Assembly: GCA_030603365.1 (NCBI GenBank) | Contig: JAUVXV010000014.1 | Location: forward strand, 59,752 to 123,751 | DNA length: 64,000 bases | DNA from: Candidatus Heimdallarchaeota archaeon | GTDB lineage: Archaea > Asgardarchaeota > Heimdallarchaeia > Heimdallarchaeales > Heimdallarchaeaceae | Direction of reading: 5' to 3' | Part shown: positions 60,024-64,000 of the stretch, piece by piece | Layout of the letters: each line of letters starts with the position of its first letter | Position numbering within the stretch: position 1 is the first letter of the stretch | Position numbers and translations under genes: made by a program | The notes under the pieces: model-generated | Seen by the model: the letters and a program-made list of their open reading frames with translations, nothing else | What the model was told of the DNA's origin: nothing | The model's database searches: none

Positions 60024-62666
60024 ATGAGAAAAAAATATTCAATTATGATACTTCTTACTCTTCTACTTCTCATGCAACCTTTTGTTTCAACAAACACAGG
60101 TTCAGCTAAATTGGATGCAATTGAAGCTCTCAGTCCCACTGAGTTTTCAACTTCCATCCCAGTTAAGCAAGATATTGGAGTAGGTGGAGAAGAACAGATT
60201 AAAACAGATTTCAATCCAAATTATGGATTTGAAGAAACAACCACTAATGGGGGACCAGATGATTATAATTATTATGGTTCTGCCTATCAATATGCAGATG
60301 AAGCATATATGGCAAATATATATAGCGGAAATTATGCATGTGACATACAAGCGTTTGGTACTGAACAGTTCTATGCAAATGCTTACCTATACAGAAATAT
60401 TGCTGGTGGACCTCTTGCTTATTTGCAGGAAGACATAGAAATGAGCTTCTGGTACTTTCTGGTCTCAAATCCGGATGTTGCTTCAGGAACCTATATCTAC
60501 CTGCGAATTCGCTTTTATGATTCCGTCCTATTTAATTCATACACCATTTACTATTATCTATCAACATCTAGTGTTTCTAGTAATTCTTCAAACACAGCTT
60601 ATTTTGATTTAAGTAGTAGTACTTCTTTTGGGGTATGGGAAAATTTCCAAAGAGATATTACAGCAGATTACACAGCTGTATTTAGTCCTCCCTCAGCAAA
60701 CATATATTATCAGTATGTATATTTCTATGCAACCTCAAATCCAAATTCTACAGGAATGACTGAATTTATTATCGATGATGTAAGTGTTGAAAATGCTGCT
60801 ACCTTTGACTGGTGTTCAGATAATGGTGGTTTTGAACAAGGTGATGGAAGCAATTGGTCTTCTTATGATCGAGGTCCAGCCTCTATTTACCAAACTACTG
60901 ATAACACTGAAGGCACTTATGCAGCTAATTTGACAGCAACTACTGTAAATGATTATGCAGGTGCAGATGCTTATGTAGAGAGTTACTGGGGAGACTGGTA
61001 TACCCCACCTTTAGGATCATACGTTCATCAACCCGGTGATCTAACAATTAGCTTTGATTGGAAATATAATGAATATAATCCTAGTAACTATCATTATGCT
61101 ATTTTCTATGTCCAAGGTAGTAATGGTACCTATGACCTTTCTCTGAATTGGTTCTTAGGAGAGGATACAGATATTGTGCCATGGGGTAATTCTACTTATG
61201 CGACTTATGCGTACTATTATTATGCTGCGCCTGGATTTGGAGTAAGAAACAGCTGGTTTACTTTAACTGTTGACATCTACGAATATTTGAATGAACTCAA
61301 CATAACAAATATGCCAATTATATACTGTGGTGTGCAGATTGTTTCAGGAAATTATGCTGGAGCAATAACTGAACTTCTTGTTGATGATTTCCACATCATA
61401 GCTGATCCAGTTGGTGACCCATCATTTGAAGAAGACTGGTACTATAGTGCGAGTAACTCTATTCCATCTTGGGTGCAAAACGATCCTGACCCTTATGTGA
61501 GTCTTACTTCTGATGCACATTCAGGAGATAATGCAGCTAATATATCAGCTTACAGTTCTTCTGGAAATGTGCGAATTTATCGTTATACAAATCTCGAAGT
61601 TGCAAATAATCTATTTAGTGACATATGGTGGAAACTAGACGATATTTCTATAACAGATAATAATTATGCTCAGATAAGACTGGATCTGGATGATGGAAGT
61701 AATATTTTCTATATACTTGGAATGGGATCTAGTTATACTGTATCTAATTATACCGATAATTGCTACTATATTGTAGATAATTATAATGAGATTGGTGTCT
61801 GGAATAATCTCTTTAGGGACATAGCTGGTGATATAAATGAAGCGTTTGGTGATGGAGATTGGAGCATAGATCAAATTCGATTAGAGGTATATACTTCAGA
61901 TACTGATCTAATTTCTTTGCTTATTGATGATGTTCATTTTGTTCGAGACACAAGAGGACCTCAATTAATAAGTGCAGTACTGTTGAATTCTCCAATCTAC
62001 TACAATGATGTTAATATGGAAATTATGGCAGTAGATTCTCTCTCAAGAGTTGGTTCAGTAACTGTCTATTATAGAACCGATGTAACTTGGACTCCTGTAG
62101 TTGGCTCTATGATGGGAATGTATTTCCTTGCGACAATTCCAAAGCAAGATTTTGGAAACATAGTAGAGTACTATATTGTTATGCAGGATCTCTATGGCTT
62201 TGTATCCACAGATAATAATGCTGGAGCATATTACTCGTATGAAATAATTGACGATGTTGAACCTACAATAGCAATTGTGAGTGTCAGATGGGATGAGAAT
62301 CAGCTAGTTCAAATGAGGTTGCACTGTCATGACAAAATGGGAAGTGGTATTGATCATATTGAAATATATGATAATGGAACTTACCTAGATACACTGACTT
62401 ATCCTTCATACCCAGATGAATGGTATTATAATTGGAATACAAGTATTGTTCAGGAAAGTGGAATACACATCTTATCTGCAATAGCATATGATATGGCAGG
62501 AAATACAGCTGAGGATTCATTTAGTGTATCGGTAGATTTCTATGAACCTCCAGGGCCGTTTGTATCCTTCTTCCAGTCTTGGGGAACTTTAATCGGAGCA
62601 GCGATAGTTGGAACTGCTTGGGTCACCGTCATTGCAGTTAAATTCTTTAAAAAACCCAAAACATAA
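60024..62666 (+). CDS. Large cell-surface protein with three CBM-like jelly-roll repeats, Ig-like domains and a C-terminal anchor
   Basis: Signal peptide; repeats NYGFE/NGGFE/DPSFE ... IIDDV/LVDDF/LIDDV; C-terminal TM plus KKPKT. Confidence 0.72.
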   Translation: MRKKYSIMILLTLLLLMQPFVSTNTGSAKLDAIEALSPTEFSTSIPVKQDIGVGGEEQIKTDFNPNYGFEETTTNGGPDDYNYYGSAYQYADEAYMANIYSGNYACDIQAFGTEQFYANAYLYRNIAGGPLAYLQEDIEMSFWYFLVSNPDVASGTYIYLRIRFYDSVLFNSYTIYYYLSTSSVSSNSSNTAYFDLSSSTSFGVWENFQRDITADYTAVFSPPSANIYYQYVYFYATSNPNSTGMTEFIIDDVSVENAATFDWCSDNGGFEQGDGSNWSSYDRGPASIYQTTDNTEGTYAANLTATTVNDYAGADAYVESYWGDWYTPPLGSYVHQPGDLTISFDWKYNEYNPSNYHYAIFYVQGSNGTYDLSLNWFLGEDTDIVPWGNSTYATYAYYYYAAPGFGVRNSWFTLTVDIYEYLNELNITNMPIIYCGVQIVSGNYAGAITELLVDDFHIIADPVGDPSFEEDWYYSASNSIPSWVQNDPDPYVSLTSDAHSGDNAANISAYSSSGNVRIYRYTNLEVANNLFSDIWWKLDDISITDNNYAQIRLDLDDGSNIFYILGMGSSYTVSNYTDNCYYIVDNYNEIGVWNNLFRDIAGDINEAFGDGDWSIDQIRLEVYTSDTDLISLLIDDVHFVRDTRGPQLISAVLLNSPIYYNDVNMEIMAVDSLSRVGSVTVYYRTDVTWTPVVGSMMGMYFLATIPKQDFGNIVEYYIVMQDLYGFVSTDNNAGAYYSYEIIDDVEPTIAIVSVRWDENQLVQMRLHCHDKMGSGIDHIEIYDNGTYLDTLTYPSYPDEWYYNWNTSIVQESGIHILSAIAYDMAGNTAEDSFSVSVDFYEPPGPFVSFFQSWGTLIGAAIVGTAWVTVIAVKFFKKPKT

Positions 62667-62673
62667 CAATTGA

Positions 62674-62698
62674 AAGGAATTTCAATTCCTTCTTTTTT
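62674..62698 (+). terminator. Hairpin plus T-tract terminator
   Basis: AAGGAAT-ttca-ATTCCTT followed by TTTTTT, just after the stop codon. Confidence 0.55.
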
Positions 62699-62707
62699 CA
62701 TTTTTAT

Positions 62708-63778
62708 TTGATAGGAAAGTTTCTAAAACACTGCTGTTATTCTGTCTTAATGTCTAACCAAACAGAGATAACAGAACCAGGATTACTACTGGATGAGGAA
62801 GGCAATCTTAATACAACAGGATGGTCCAGAAAACCTCTTTTGAAGTACAAGAAGAAGAATCTTGGTAAGGGGTGGTTCAGAACCAAAGAATGGGACTATT
62901 ATGCAATAGTCAATCCTGATTATGCAATTACTTTTACAATTACAGATCTTGGAATAATGGGTTTATACAGTGTTGTTTGGCTTGATTTTAAAGAGAAATT
63001 ATTCCTACCTGATAAGGAATCAAAGCTATTTACCAAAGGAAAAACCAACATGTCTCAATCCTCAGAAGAAGGGTTAGCAAAATATGTAGGAAAAAGACTT
63101 CAAATCAAATTTCTAAAGAAAGGATCAACACGAATAATTGATTTTGATTTTCCATCTTTCAACAAAAACCAAGGCATTAAGGGAAAATTAGAAATGTATC
63201 AGGATCCAGACATGGATTCAATGACAATAGCGACTCCTTGGAAAAATAAGCCAAAATGTTTTTACTACAATCATAAGGTTAATTGTATGCCAACTGAAGG
63301 GAAGGTTGTTTTAGGAAAAAAAATATTTACGTTTGAGAAAGAAAACAGTTTCGCTGTTTTGGACTGGGGGAGAGGTATTTGGCCTTACTCTGACACCTGG
63401 TATTGGGGTTCAGCTTCTGGAAATTCTGGAAAAAACACAGTTGGTTTTAATATTGGATATGGATTCGGAGATACATCTGCAGCCTCTGAAAATATATTTT
63501 ACTATAATGGTAAAGGACACAAACTTGATCAAATAACCTTTCATTATAATCCGAAAAACTTCCTAGAACCTTGGAAATTCACTAGTAACGATGGTAGATT
63601 TGAGATGGATTTTGAACCTATTCTAGATAGGAATTCTATCGTAAATCTGCTTATCTTTAAATCTATTCAACACCAAGTTTTTGGTTATTTCACTGGAGAA
63701 GTAACTTTAGATGACGGTAGAAAAATAAGAATAGAGAACTTGTTAGGTTTTGCTGAAGAAGTCAAGAACAGGTGGTAG
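62708..63778 (+). CDS. DUF2804 family protein
   Basis: GWSRKP, KEWDYY, FYYNHK, LDWGRG.W, ASEN, HQVFG, GFAE...RW. True start is probably MSNQ. Confidence 0.82.
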   Translation: MIGKFLKHCCYSVLMSNQTEITEPGLLLDEEGNLNTTGWSRKPLLKYKKKNLGKGWFRTKEWDYYAIVNPDYAITFTITDLGIMGLYSVVWLDFKEKLFLPDKESKLFTKGKTNMSQSSEEGLAKYVGKRLQIKFLKKGSTRIIDFDFPSFNKNQGIKGKLEMYQDPDMDSMTIATPWKNKPKCFYYNHKVNCMPTEGKVVLGKKIFTFEKENSFAVLDWGRGIWPYSDTWYWGSASGNSGKNTVGFNIGYGFGDTSAASENIFYYNGKGHKLDQITFHYNPKNFLEPWKFTSNDGRFEMDFEPILDRNSIVNLLIFKSIQHQVFGYFTGEVTLDDGRKIRIENLLGFAEEVKNRW

Positions 63779-63782
63779 AATC

Positions 63783-63999
63783 GTCTAACTAAGAGAAAAG
63801 TAGAAAAAGAGTATAATGAATATAACCTGCTATGCTTTTTTATTAACCAACAGACCCAAAACCGTCGTCCACTGAGAGCAGGAAAGTTGACTGATCTTGC
63901 CATACGCTCTCTACCCGAGTAAGAAGAATAGCAGGAGCGAGTAAACCTGAACGATTTTTCTACGGGTTTATATATGAAAGTACACATAGCAAGTTAGAC
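63783..63999. ncRNA. Candidate structured non-coding element
   Basis: 50% GC core (63851-63950) with nested inverted repeats; no convincing ORF. Confidence 0.3.
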
Positions 64000-64000
64000 A

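Noticed and set aside
63851-63950. Glycine or TPP riboswitch, tRNA or 5S rRNA
   Set aside because: Only fragments (CUCUCAG, CUGAGA) resemble these; the core conserved motifs and cloverleaf are missing.
63685-63987. 100-aa minus-strand ORF
   Set aside because: Overlaps the DUF2804 3' end, has atypical composition and no motif.

Overview
AT-rich (visually about 30% GC), gene-dense archaeal chromosomal segment. It is most likely from an Asgard archaeon (Heimdallarchaeia-like), based on an actin-family protein, longin/uDENN-like proteins, a TPR-HTH protein, a single-OB SSB, TATA-type promoters and many leaderless genes; this assignment is inference. Content includes a putative beta-peptide/beta-alanine catabolic trio (DmpA, class III aminotransferase, CoA-acylating (methyl)malonate-semialdehyde dehydrogenase), larE-larC-larB, a DUF1015/serA/class V aminotransferase set interrupted by a degenerate actin-related protein, lipid/fatty-acid-related genes (two DegV, DAG-kinase family, an ACP-like protein without the carrier Ser), an orphan ParB and several secreted or membrane proteins. 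The most striking structure is at about 45.4-54.2 kb. There, three divergent modules pair five paralogous winged-helix regulators with four related small (about 60-90 aa) proteins, and three small-gene promoters carry the same palindrome TTCTYA-N5-TGAGAA (the fourth has a degenerate copy). No rRNA, tRNA, CRISPR array or transposase was recognised. A GC-rich structured element lies at the right edge.
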